A program made the translations under genes and the position numbers. Below are positions 25,082-37,421 of a stretch of 64,000 nucleotides of DNA, one piece after another; positions within the stretch are counted from its first letter, which is position 1, and each line of letters begins with the position of its first letter. The notes under the pieces were generated by a model that worked only from the letters and a program-made list of their open reading frames with translations, was not told where the DNA came from and searched no databases. The DNA is from Blepharisma stoltei ATCC 30299 (lineage: Eukaryota; Protista; Ciliophora), in assembly GCA_965603825.1 (NCBI GenBank), contig CBFDEM010000014.1, positions 372,001-436,000 of the forward strand, in the 5' to 3' direction.

Positions 25082-25898
25082 TTAATAATTTTAATTTAAT
25101 TCATTGCTTATACTAAAAACACTATAAAAAACTTTATGGTTCTTTTTTAAGCTATGCTATTTTACAAAGAAGAATTTTTAAAGCGCATGCCGATTACTAC
25201 CAAATACGAAGACTTAGATTTTTTTAAAAAAGATGATTTCTGTTTAGAATTACTCTTTGAAAAATATAAAATGGTAAAAATATAAATGGAATTATGCTGA
25301 TAAAAAGATATGCAGAAAAATATGGAAGTTAGGAAAACTAATTATGTGGCAGTTGAAAGAGCAGCTATTTATTGAAGAAAATAGAATCTTAGACCTTAAA
25401 ATCGCATTTAAGTTTTATTTTTTATATTTAAAAGAAAAATAATTAGTGAAGCATTATAAGCGGATAATTTATTTTAAAGCAATCTTTTAAAGTTCCTATG
25501 ATTATTAAATTTAATTAAATAAAAAATTTTCTCTAATGAAATATGGAGTATTGTTGAATTCATTTCATTAGTTCAATCAAGTATTTTAAGGAAGCTAGCT
25601 CAATTATTATTATTATCCTTAAGCCTTTTAATTTTTTCAAGTCTAATGGCTATTTAAATAATAATCTTTTCATGGCATGTATTTTCCGCTAATTTCGTAA
25701 TAGTCTTTGATATTAGAAATAAAAAATGCATTGATTTTATAATAGGCAATACCTATTATGCAAAATTTATCTTTAATATAAAAGAAACTCAGGTTTGTAC
25801 AGTAAAATTAAGTCCATAATTTTAAAAAATTTATATTTCAATTCTATGCATATCGACATAAATTGGGCGAAAGATTAAAATGGTAATAATAATTCCCA

Positions 25899-26495
25899 AT
25901 GGAATCTCTGAACACCATCCACCACCGACACTTCAGAATTTTTATGGGATTATACACCTTAGCCTTTTTCCTAATAGGGATTGCTGCAACATCTTACAGA
26001 TACTTGCAGTGGCTGACTCATTGGGGAGTCACCTTGACTCTTACTTATTTCATGCTCAAAATAGCAAATAAGCACCATCAAGCTAACTTAATTTTCCAAA
26101 TTGTATTACCAATTGAAGCTACCCTCACATTCACATACTGGAGTTTCGTTTTCCCGAGCTACACACTTGAGCAGAGACCTCCTCTCATATACAACATCTC
26201 AGTTCATATCTTACAGTTCCTCTTTCTAATGTTCGACTTTTCTTATAACAAAATTCAATTTAAGCGCCAAAACTTGCTTTATCCTATAGTGTTAATGTTA
26301 CTATACGGACTTTTGAATTTTGTTGTAACAATGATTGATGAACCGATTTACCCAACACTCACATTCACAGATATTAAGAGCCTTCTGTTCATGATTTTTG
26401 CATGTGTCATGCTAGTATGTGCTTTTGAAGTTTGCATTTTAATAAGTAAGAGTAAAGGAAAAGCTGAAGACAATGATAAAGCTGCAAAGCTTTAA
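25899..26495 (+). CDS. FAR-17a/AIG1/rolling-stone-like polytopic membrane protein, 198 aa
   Basis: WLTHW, SVH, IYPTL motifs and about 6 TM segments. Confidence 0.7.
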   Translation: MESLNTIHHRHFRIFMGLYTLAFFLIGIAATSYRYLQWLTHWGVTLTLTYFMLKIANKHHQANLIFQIVLPIEATLTFTYWSFVFPSYTLEQRPPLIYNISVHILQFLFLMFDFSYNKIQFKRQNLLYPIVLMLLYGLLNFVVTMIDEPIYPTLTFTDIKSLLFMIFACVMLVCAFEVCILISKSKGKAEDNDKAAKL

Positions 26496-26622
26496 GTTAA
26501 TTAATGTTGATTATCCCAATATAACTCTATATCTTCATAAGATGAAATTACATGGTATACAGAAAATGCTAATAGATCTATTAATCCTAGAATATATTGT
26601 ATTTTTAAGGCTATTAATGCTA

Positions 26623-27606
26623 TTAACTTAAATTATCATCAAATTTTGGGTCTAATTTTAAATTTTCATATAGGCGCTTGAAATTTGCTTTGTCGCTTTC
26701 TGTTTGGTTTTCATAATCTTTAGCTAAATGCTGAATTATCTTATCTGGAGGCTGGATTCCCAATTGTGACAGCAATATACATATAGACAAATTATGCTCA
26801 AATCCTAAAAATTTATATTCTATCCCATGTGCAATTTCTGCGATTTTATAGTAAACTGCATCATCTCTAGGATTTTCTTTATCAGTATAAATCAAGCTTG
26901 CTAAAATCCTTTCGAATTGGTCAGGCATTGCCGCATACAAATGTGAAAAAACGAGTTTATCAAACTTCTCCCAAATTTCAATTGCTTTCGGATACTCTGA
27001 ACTTAAGACTAAATAGGTCTCCACAATTGAGTCTAGATCGATATTTTTTGTTTGGATGAGCTGGCTTATTTGCAGAATAATTCAATTTTCCATCTCTTTA
27101 TCATGCAAATTGTTTGAAAGAAGTCACTTAATCATATAAAGCATTTCTTCGAAGTTGTCAAAGCCCATGTTTTTTAGCTTGAGCCTATTGGCAAAAATAG
27201 TTTCAGTTGGAAAAACTGAAGCAGCAATAGCTGTTTGACCGTATGTAAGACTGTCAGCTGTGCTTATAATCTCCTTCTTAAGCTTATTTTGGTATTGTGG
27301 GACCTTTATTAACTCTATTAAAGTCTTGACCTGATGGTGGCCAAGTTTTTGTAAATTAAGCTGCTCACCTTGGTCAATTCTAACAAAAGCTTTTATAACT
27401 TCAAATCGATCTTTTGACTTGGAAAATGCGAGAGCAGGGGTGATCTGATTGTGTTGAAAATGATGAGATAAAATTTCAGCTGGAAATTCATTCGCATCGT
27501 GCAGTAAAAATGTGTTGCTTTTGAGATTTACATATGAGCTTAGTTTATTGAGCAAATGGGAGTAGGAATATCTATATTCCACCAGCTTGAAACCAAACCT
27601 TTGCAT
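26623..27606 (-). CDS. Hypothetical helical protein, 327 aa
   Basis: ORFs 27124-27606 and 26623-27024 join in frame through two TGA. Confidence 0.68.
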
Positions 27607-27854
27607 AAATTTAATACAGAAAAATAGGAAAATGTAAAATGATATATAAAGAGAAGAGCTTTGGATTGGAATTGCAAGATCAGCCTATTTAAATACTGCA
27701 TTTAACATCAAAAACCATTTTGGCTTGCATATAACAATTTAATTAAATTTAGCTATTATAAGTTCTTTATTGCATTTAAAAAAATATAAATCTGCTCTCA
27801 TTATTTCTTTAAAATCATTATAGGGACTTTTCCAAATCCCCTATTTATAATAAA

Positions 27855-29594
27855 ATGATAATTGCTTATGTGATGCCAATGTTGTGTTTAATAAACAGAT
27901 TTTTCTTAAGTGCCACAACAGCTCAAATTCCTGCAGTCTTTGAAGTGCTTGTTTATATTCTATCATTCATATACCTCCTATTCAATAAAAGCAGTCCTGT
28001 CAAAAAATATACCAAAAATGCGTCTCAGCATGACTCAACCCCAGAAGTGAAACTCAATAAGAGTAATCTAGAAGAAGAAACCATTAAAGAAGAATCTCAA
28101 ATTTCTTATGGCTCTTTCCTTAATGATTTAGAAAGCGAAATAAAATTCCCTATTCATAGCAGCAAACCTAAAGTTTTACCAAATTTCAATCCTATAATTG
28201 TTCCTATGCCAATGTCTAAAAGCTTAACTATTTTACCAAAAGAAGAAAATATTAGTAGCTACATTGATGAGTATAAAGAGATTAATAAAAAAATTAAAGG
28301 TGGATGGGCAAAAGTAGAAAATAAAAGAGAATTAGAGAGCCTTAGAAGCATGCTTGCTACAAGAAAAACTACAGGACAAGCACCTACTCTATCAAAAGAA
28401 AGAGAAATGCAGCTTTATGGTTTGATTGAAGAAATTTCTATAGCAATATCTAAATCTTTGGAAAAGCAGCAAATGAAAGAAATGAAGGAAAAACAGCTGA
28501 GAGAAGAGCAAATTAGGCAAAAGGAAGAAAATGATAGAAAACTAAAAGAGCAGCAAGAAAAAGAAAAAAATCTTAAGGAAAAGCAAAGCAGAGATCAGTT
28601 TGAAAAAGAACTCGAATTAAAAAAGAAATCTGAACAAGATAAGCTTAAAGGGCAATTAAAAAATTATGGAGAAAAGTATTGGATTGATGCAGAAAATGAC
28701 AACGACACAAATTTAGTGATGCAAGATGAAGCAACCAACCCAGTCTCTCCAATCCAAAACCGAGACATTCCTCCAATCAACCCAACTGATGAAAGATTTA
28801 AGCAATATATCAATGCACAAATTATTGAATATAATAAAAAAGTAGAAGAAGGGAAGCGTAAACTTCCCAGAGACTTGCTAGATGAGCTTAACTGCTTGAC
28901 TAATCAGATGGACACTCATCGAGGGGACCAAGAGTCTTTGAAAAACAGAATAAATGCAGCTTTAAGCTTGCTAAATAGAATTAGTGCAGATTCACAAGAA
29001 TTTACGTTAATTACTTTAAGCGAAAAGCTAATAGCAAGAAACAAAGATATTGGTGCTGATATTGATTCAGGGCCACTTTTCACCTTAAATGTCACAGACT
29101 TCATCTTTTCACTAGCTCAACAATATCCATCTTTGCACAGAAACTTTTATTATGCAATTGTTTCGAAACTGAAGATTATGATACCAACATATGGGTCATG
29201 GACAACTCAAGACATATTGAGCCGCTCCCAACTTAAAGATGTGACTGCTGACCAATATTCAGTAGCTATGGATACGTCGAGAGCTTTTGGGATTTTATTA
29301 GGCACTTATTTTACCCATCCAGCATCTCATTGTAATATTCAGGACTGCTGAAGGTGGCTTTCGTTTGTGCTGAATATTCCTTTTGAATATATTGACAGAA
29401 GCTATATGGCTACATTAGAAGGATTCTTAAAAGTAACTGGACCTTTTATGAAAGAAAAGTATGGGAAACAATATGCTAAGATTGTAAAGCTTCTGCAAAA
29501 TGAGTTCCTAACTGCTATCAAGAATAAATTTTCTTTCAAAGAGGAACACAAAGCTTTTATAACACAATTAGATTCAGTTCTCAGAAAATTATAA
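27855..29594 (+). CDS. GLE1: GLE1-like mRNA export factor (coiled coil plus C-terminal GLE1 domain), 579 aa
   Basis: C-W-RWLSFVLN...ATLEGFLKVTGPFMKEKYGKQYAKIV matches the GLE1 consensus WxWLAxxLN...FLxxxGxxxxxxYxxQFxK; TGA 29349-29351 = Trp. Confidence 0.8.
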
Positions 29595-29783
29595 AATAAT
29601 AGCATTAAGTTAAATTAAATCCTAATTAATTCAGAAAACCAGTGAACTCTTCTTTTATTTCTACAATGACAGATTAGTTCTATAGAGCTCTCGTAGCATC
29701 CTTTGTTATGTTTTAACTAAAGCCTAAGAAAATTATGAAATATTGGAAATTATAAAGAATTACTAATAAATTAAACCTTACAA

Positions 29784-30224
29784 TTAAGAATTTATTTGAT
29801 AAGTAAATGACAGATTTTTTAAATACAGCTCGCACATTTCTTTCGGGCAATATTTATGCATCTCCACAACAGGATAAAATCCATTATATAGATTTGGGTC
29901 TTCTCATTCCACTTCCACCATTGCCTCGTTTCTTTCCGGATCGTATATAATCTGCACCAAACTTTTGATTTTATCATCTTTTTCTAAGCTTCCTTGCCTT
30001 TTTTCTATAATTCTTGCAGTTTTCTTCGCCCTGTGATTTTTTTCATATTCCGCAATTGCTTTTTTGCAATGCTCTAAATGATCTATGGGCTCCCAAGTTG
30101 ATTCTTCTTCAGGATAGCCTTTTCATTTCACAAAATAAAGTTTTGAGCCATCCTTTTTAAGCTTAGAGTCAATAATTGCTTCAACTTCAAATTCTCCATT
30201 TTGGTGGCTTGCTGACTTAGACAT
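29784..30224 (-). CDS. HP1-like protein (chromodomain plus chromo-shadow-like domain), 146 aa; absent from the ORF track
   Basis: EFEVEAIIDSK...YFVK-W-KGYPEEESTWEPIDHL; C-terminal MVEVE-W-ED...FYPVVEMHKYCPKEMCELYLKNLSF; TGA at 30123-30125 and 29904-29906. Confidence 0.88.
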
Positions 30225-30255
30225 TATTTATAAGGCCCCTAGTTATTTATATTAA

Positions 30256-31173
30256 TTAATATTCTTTAACATCAATTGTATTGGAAAAATCAGAGAATTC
30301 ACCAGATACAAACCGTTTTAAGGATGATAGATCGTTGTCCATATCAATTTCACTGCTTGTGGCGCTAGAATAGTACTCGGCTATTCTTCAAGCTTTCAGG
30401 AACACAAGTATAGGACATATCTCAACAAGGTTAAAGTCGATTAAGACACTTATACCTCATCCATATGTTGTGTTTAGCAATCCCCACATGCTTCCATCAA
30501 CTGCCATAACTCCATATGAAGCACATCTGAAACTGCAAGCAAGCACAGCAACTCCGATTCATTTTATTAGCTTATAGGGCCGCTCCAGTGTCATTTGCTT
30601 TACCCTTCCTGCCAAAATAACCCCAGATATAATAAAACCACTTAATAAAAACAAAGAAATACTTGCGTGAAGAAGCCTCATTGATGTCCCAAAATTAAAG
30701 CCAGACATTGTGTAGCCTAAAATAGCAAAAATTATTATTGAGCCATAAGCTAAAATGTTCACAAAAATCAACATTATTTTGCATTTAGAGTAGACAAAAA
30801 GCTTGAATGGGATTTCGTAGTTGCAGGACATGACAAGAAAAAGTTCAACTCTATATAAAAATTACCACATAAGAACAAGAACGCAGCCACAGCTAAATAA
30901 AGGAGTTGGAGCTAAAAAGAGCAATATATCTGATATCATCTGTGAGTAATAAAGCCAAAAATCAAGCATAAGTAAAATCCTTAATAGGCATGTTGTCATT
31001 CCGAGATAAATTAGTAGCATAATTTTCCTCATCTTTCACCCACCTGTTTGTTTAAGTTTTACAATGCACCCGGCTAAGAATAAGAAGACAATTCCAAATT
31101 CTGATACTAAAATACTGATAACTACAAAGTCGAACCTTGATTCTCGGTCTTTCCAATCATTATCAAATGGCAT
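30256..31173 (-). CDS. THH1/TOM1/GPR137-like 7TM protein, 300 aa, one intron
   Basis: Seven hydrophobic segments, CLLRIL, LMW-VE, CSFR, LVEICPILVFL; several TGA plus intron 30851-30865. Confidence 0.7.
30851..30865 (-). other. 15-nt intron GTAATTTTTATATAG
   Basis: Matches the consensus, has an in-frame TAA; splicing joins TG|A into a UGA(Trp) codon. Confidence 0.88.
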
Positions 31174-31209
31174 TATTCATTATAATTATTTCAATAAATT
31201 AAATCGAAC

Positions 31210-31942
31210 TTAACTCATTTTTATATTAAGCAGATTCAGGTCCCCGCCTGGGAGATAAGTGAAGTTTTCTGATTCTGATAACCATTTTGCAATATTCTTT
31301 GCTACATCAATTCTCCTGACTTCTAGCAGCCCACTACTGTATGTTTTTAGTGACTCAGATACAAGCTTTGTATATTCAGTCTCATATAATTGCAGCATTC
31401 CTTTATTGTTCTCTTTTTATAACTTTTCTCTTTCATTATCTTGCTTAGGCATACTTTTATTCACAAGCAGCAGTAAAATCTTCCAAAATTTTATATGTGC
31501 TATAGCGATTCCATCAAGGATTATGCAAAATTCGTTAGCTCTTTATGTGTTATATCTCTTGAGACTTGCTCCCTTTGAGTTAATAGCAGCTCTGTGTTGT
31601 ATTGAACTACTATGGATTCTTAATTTCATTACTAATTGATTGTAAAATACGCTCATTGTCTGATTTATATAAAAATCTGAGACCAATATTAACCATTTGG
31701 AGATCTTTAGTTTCTGTTTTAGAGTTTGTTGTCTTTGTAGTCGTCCTTATCGAGAAAAAAAAAGTCTCTGGATGAATGCCATTAAAAAGTTAATTCCTTC
31801 ATTGAAAACATTAGGCTTGATACCTTTAAGCCATCAAAAGTTCTCTACCATGACATAGTAAAATAATTTCCTTCCTAGAATGGCTGGTCAGAATAGTAGG
31901 AAAACGCCTACGTTGCTTGCATTTTTAAGATGCTTTGTACAT
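31210..31942 (-). pseudogene. Degraded prohibitin (PHB1-type) pseudogene
   Basis: Fragments in shifting frames: GIKPNVFNEGINF, TKDLQMVNIGLRFLYK, NERILQSISNE, SIVVQYNTELLLTQREQVSRDI, RANEFCIILDGIAIAHIKF, LLEVRRIDVAKNIA...YLP; has frameshifts, TAA stops and deletions. Confidence 0.82.
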
Positions 31943-32497
31943 ATTTTATATTTATGTATTGATAAAACATTTAGCGAAATTATTATAAATAGTAGATAAT
32001 ACAGCAAAAATAAAGTTCTTAGAATATAATTTTAGAGTTTCAGAGGAATGACCTTTCTGTAGCTCTCTTTTATTAAATTATAAAAGCTTGGAAATAGTTC
32101 TAACTTTTCATTGCAAGTAAAGATAATAGCATTTAAAACAAGAAATGAGTATTTTTTTCTAAAAAAAACCAGATATCTCATGTATAGAATTAAATTTATC
32201 AGTTTTACTAAAATTTTTTATAATAATGATAAATCCACTACTCATAGTAATAATCAGAAAATCACAAAAATATATTAATTCATTATAAGCCATCAGGATT
32301 AGACAAAATATAATATTTGAGATGTTTCTCTATCCCAAATTAATAGTTAATTATCCAAGTGCAAGAAACATAAAATCTAAAACAAACTCACCATAATAAT
32401 AAAAATTATGGTTAATTTTCTCTAAAACTTGAAATACTTCATGATTTCAAATTACCAGGGTTTTTTAATATTATCTCGTTCATTTATATATATAAAT

Positions 32498-35374
32498 ATG
32501 TTGGAAATTGCAAGAAATTCATGTGAAGGCAATTCCCACAATCTGCCGAACCAAGCCGGATTTAAGCCCAATTGCATTAAAAAGAGTCAGAAGCGCAATA
32601 AGCCACTTCCAACATTCAGTTTGCCAGCAGTTAGGGCGCCATCTTCATACGGTGAGATCGAGCAAATGTTCAAAGAAGTGGCAAAAATTGACGATTCTGT
32701 TGGATATTTCCGAGACATGCCACAAAAAAACTACCAGAAAATAATCAAGGAGATTGTAAATAAAAAAACCATGACTTGTGAAGATACTGCTGAAGACAAT
32801 CCATTGGCTATTATTATAAATAAAAATGATCTTGGAATTCCTATGAAAAAACTCAGGCTCTCATATAAAGAAGTGTTTTTTGAAGAGTGCTATGATATTA
32901 TTGAAGAAAATGAGCCAGAATTTGTAACTGATCTTGAAGAGTACGATGAAAATAAAATCACGAGCTTAGATTATATATATAGGCATAATGTTATTACTAA
33001 TAAATACTACTCAGCTAGTCAAGTAAAGAAAGATTTAGAAACCTTGATCAAAAATAAGATGCTACATACACAGTCAGATTGTGAAAGAATTTATATTAGG
33101 GCATTTTGAAAAGAGGCTAAGAAAGTGTTGGAAGAATCTGATATAAAAATAAGAGCATCTGTGCTTCTTGATTGAAATGAAGCCATAAAAGTAAATTACC
33201 TAGCAGCAAAGGTAAATGGACCATGGTTCAAAGGGGAATACGCAAGCAGAAAATATGAGATTATAGAGGATTATGTAACATTAGATAATGGAGAAACTTA
33301 TAAAAGATTGGCAACATCTAAGAAAGGTCATTGCAATGGGATTGATTGTGATTCATTTGATAATCTTGGGCCTTATGATTTAAGATCAGGAACATGAATA
33401 TCAGAAAATTCTGATCGTAAAGAAAAAGTTGAATGTAGCAATGATTGTGCATGCTCGCCTGATCATTGCCTCAATAGGCAGCTATCAAAATCCCAAGGAC
33501 CGAAACTAGGTTTAGATGTGGTGGAAAAACCCTCTTGGGGGTTCGATGTTTACACGTATAGAAGTATTCTAGGGTATATTATGCATCCTATCACGGCAGA
33601 CTCTTATTATTTTATTGGTACAATTCTTCCCAAAGCTATAAACTCAGTTGCATCAAATAACTGAGATATAAGAGAATCATTGAAACTTATCATAAATGAC
33701 AGAGACAACATTTTTACACTTAGGCATAAAAGATATTCCCAAGGGCTTCTTAATGCTATAAGCAGCATTTCAGAAATAATAGGAAGCGAAGCAGCATTAT
33801 CAGTATTTAAAATCCATCCTAAAGGAACCGGCGTTTTCTGCCTCAGAAAGGAAGGGATCTCAAGAAATTCTTTGATAGTAGAATATGTAGGAGAGCTCTA
33901 TTCACCCGCTTTGTGATTTGAAAAACAAGACGTCATAAAGCATTTCAATAATTCAATGAAAAATAGTGTGAATGCAACTGAAAGCGTTCCGGATTTCTAT
34001 AATATTATGCTAGAGCGGCACTATGATGACCCTGAAGGATATGATGTGTTAATTATCGATCCAATCGTAAAAGGGAGTTTTGGAAGCAGACTAAGTCATT
34101 CTTGCTCTCCAAATTGCGGAACTGTGACAATGATTTCTGAAGGAAAATACACTATAGGGATATATGCTTTAAACAATATTTCATACCTAGATGAGCTTAC
34201 TTTTGACTATAATTCTTTCACCGAAAGCAAAGAAGAGCACCTACAAAGCGTATGCTTATGCTCCTCATCTATATGTCGAGGCTACTATTTGGCATTTGCT
34301 CAAAATTCTTCCAATTCTGGGTATTCTTTTTCTTTTCTCCACAGAAAAAGTTCAATTATTAAAGCATCCTATGGGCAGTTTTCTAAAGAAGATTTAGAAA
34401 TCTGCAGCAAATATCATATTCGAAGCGCGATCCTAAACAAATCTCCTGAATGATTAAAGGTCTGGATTTCTTTAACAGTAAGAGACATTGATCTCGAAAT
34501 AAACTTGTTGGGCAGTGAAATTGAAAAGAAAATTGCTCTTGACGCAAGACTTCAAAACCTTGCAATTACTATTGATAAAATCAAATATTGTTTGAGCAAA
34601 ACTTCTTTGCATATGCCAATTCGGGTGCTGACTTCTGAGCAAGCTTTAGACTACATTTGGGGAAATGAGTCAAAATCTGTCAAAAATCAGCTTTTAGAGC
34701 TTCAACAGAGATTCAGTCTTAATATTCTTGATTTATTGCGCGAGGACATTTATGAGCTGGACTCTGCAAGAAGGCAACTCTTAAAAATTCGTGATAAACT
34801 AAGGATTGAATTACCAACTCGATGAATCGGTGCAGGAATTGCTGATATGATTCATCTAATTGCTTATACTCAAACCTTTTACAAAGAAAATAAATACGAA
34901 TCATTTGAGTCTGATTTAATAACGATCCATCCTTGCGAAGTCTCTAAAAGTTTAACTGAAGAGGTAAATAAAACAACCCATAAGAAGAAATATTCTTCTT
35001 ACTATGTCCATGGTCTTCTCAATGGATGGTATAAGCAGTGCGTAGAAAAGCCTAATGCTGTTTTAGCATCAGAAAAAAGAGGAACGGTAACATTATCCTC
35101 AATTAATGGAGCTTGTGACTTAGAATACTGCATAAACATAAGAAATATCCTTTTGAAGCATTTGAGGAAAAGGCCAAGCTCTCCTTGACCCATTAAGAAA
35201 AATAAATCTCCATGGAGCAATTACTCGAACCCGGCAAAAGTATTTGGATCTCCTATGTTGGACTGCTTCTATAGTGATCCTGAAGCTCTTAATCGATGCC
35301 TGAACGATATTGATAAAGTAGAAAGCGAATGTACAATTCCACATTATTTTTCTCCTTCAAATGTAATTAATTAA
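32498..35374 (+). CDS. ATXR3: ATXR3/SDG2-type SET-domain histone methyltransferase, 958 aa
   Basis: Single frame through several TGA; KGTGVFC, VEYVGELY...WFEKQD, PDFYNIMLER...GYD, SRLSHSCSPNC, ELTFDYNSFTESKEE...CLCSSSICRG, RLQNLAITIDK, FGSPMLD are hallmarks of ATXR3/SDG2. Confidence 0.88.
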
Positions 35375-35460
35375 CTTATCAATCTGAAATTTATTATTAT
35401 TAATAATGATTAAAAATAATTTCTACTGAGGAGATTTTATTTTCAATTTATCTTATTTTA

Positions 35461-36228
35461 TTATTTTTTTAACAAAAATACCTCCAATGTACTTGATACC
35501 CTATGTGCGAATTTAAAAAGTGGAATTCTTACAGTGTGCTTTTCAGATGGCGGCTTAGATATGAGTGCTGTTACCATAAACACTGGGAAAATCAAAAGCC
35601 ATAATCCATTACCCATCAGACCTGGAAATCAGAACGTTATCAGTGCAAAAGGTAGACCAAATCCAAAATAATAAAAGGAATTATGCTCGATTATCGAAAT
35701 TTCACGGTTGATCGTTTTTCCTTCAAGCGCCCATCTATATTCAAAGCAATAAAATGAATAAAGCCAACTCAGTAAGAATAAATCTAAAATCTCTGAAAAA
35801 GGAAGCAATGATATAAATGTGACTTCCATTACATAAATCCCTATAATTAATCCTCTATGAGCTTCATATGCAATTCTTCTTGATATTGATAAAGCTGTAG
35901 CTTTAGGCTGACCATGAATTTGCTGAAAAGCAGAAAGGGCTATATCGGCATAGCAAAATGTGTTAAGGATAAAGCAAATGAAGTATAAAGGAAACAGCCA
36001 TAAAATATAGTAAAAAATTGTAAAAAGCCTTTCAATTCTTGGATAGATCTGCAAGAGGGGATCTAAAATTAAGCTGAAACAAAGCAATGATCCGAGGAAT
36101 ACAAAACCAGTTCAGCAGATTGATAAGATTAATGGCTTGTGGATATCTTTTGAGCGCATTAGTATTTTTGCTGCTTGAAAATAATTCAGGCTGTCTTTTG
36201 TCCCCAAAAATATTTCTTTTGCCCACAT
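35461..36228 (-). CDS. EI24: EI24 (etoposide-induced 2.4) autophagy-related membrane protein, 255 aa
   Basis: LWLFPLY..CFILN...YADIA, SWLYSFYCFEYRW, YYFGFGLP, IFPVFMV; two TGA read as Trp. Confidence 0.85.
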
Positions 36229-36455
36229 GGAATCTATATTATTTAATTATATTAAATATGAAAAATCATAAAAAATCATGTATCTTTTATTCATCACAGA
36301 TAATAGTTAAAAGAATTAAATAAAAATAATGGATTCGTATCATCGCGAGAAAATTATGTAGCGCATATTGAGTTTTTATCCTTATAAGGAAGTGAGAATT
36401 ATCTCATTTCCTAAAATAATGTCATCATATGCTTATTTTTAAAATTAAATAAGGT

Positions 36456-37421
36456 CTATACTTCTTCTCTCTCAGAAGAAGCAATTTGTTGGTTTTCTGT
36501 TTCATCTTCCACACTTTCTTTATTTTGTCCTGCAAGGGTAACAATAATATTTCCAATTACCACTATTACGCCTCCAATATAAGTAAAAATTCCAGGAGGT
36601 CCTTGCAATCCTGCAAGTCACCCAATAAATGTTCCAATAACTGGCTCGAAATTTACAAAAACCGTTATAATAAGCACAGAAACATGCTTTAATAAAGTGT
36701 TAAGTATCCCATGACCAATTATCCCAGGAACAATTCCTAAATACAAAGCCCACACTCAATCACTTGTATAAATCCATTGGACAAAGCGCCCTGGGTCTTC
36801 ATTATTTATTAGCAGCGCAAGAGCATACGACCAAATTGCAGCCTGGAAATTGACTGGTGTTAAATAAACTCAAATAGAGATTGTTTGCTTCATCATTGCT
36901 TTTCCTATAAAGAAATAAAGTGTCACAGCCATAGCAGAAACAATAGCTATTAAATCTCCATATCATGTAGCATCCCCACCTTGTGTAGTTTCAAGTATAG
37001 TCAAAGCAAGTCCGACAAAGCCAACGATGACACCGATGATTTCTTTGATATGAATTGGCTTGCATAAAATCAAATATACCACGACAATAATCAAAGGCGA
37101 AGTGCATACGAATAAAAGTGAATGAGCCATTGATGTCAATTCCAAACTCCAGCACCATAGAGTAAAATGAAGGGATAAAGAGAGACCTGACAAAGCAATT
37201 AAACGCCAATTAGCTTTTCACATATCAAGAACTCCGTATCAATTCTTATAGCACTCATAAGATAAAGGGATAAGCTGAAATGTAGCTGTAACTTGCAACC
37301 TCCAGGAGGCTTTCATAAATGCAGAAACTGAAGTTATTTCGTCAAATGCTGCAGCTGCTGAGCTCACAGCAACTATAGCAACAGTTAATGGAGCAAGGAC
37401 TCAAAGCTCTTTTTTATTCAT
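36456..37421 (-). CDS. EamA/DMT-superfamily transporter, 321 aa
   Basis: AVSSA, ASWRL, LHFTLWCWSLELTSMAHSLL, GDLIA, GIIGHG, FEPVIG; 7 in-frame TGA; TAG 36456-36458. Confidence 0.85.

Noticed and set aside
25154-25285. 43-codon ORF (MLFYKEEFLKR...) and a short direct repeat AAAAATATAAA(A)TGG in an intergenic region
   Set aside because: Short, AT-rich, with no motif or valid intron to extend it
36456-37421. Calling the DMT transporter a selenoprotein
   Set aside because: Its UGAs sit in Trp-like membrane-interface contexts with no redox motif; the downstream fold is kept only as a finding to test
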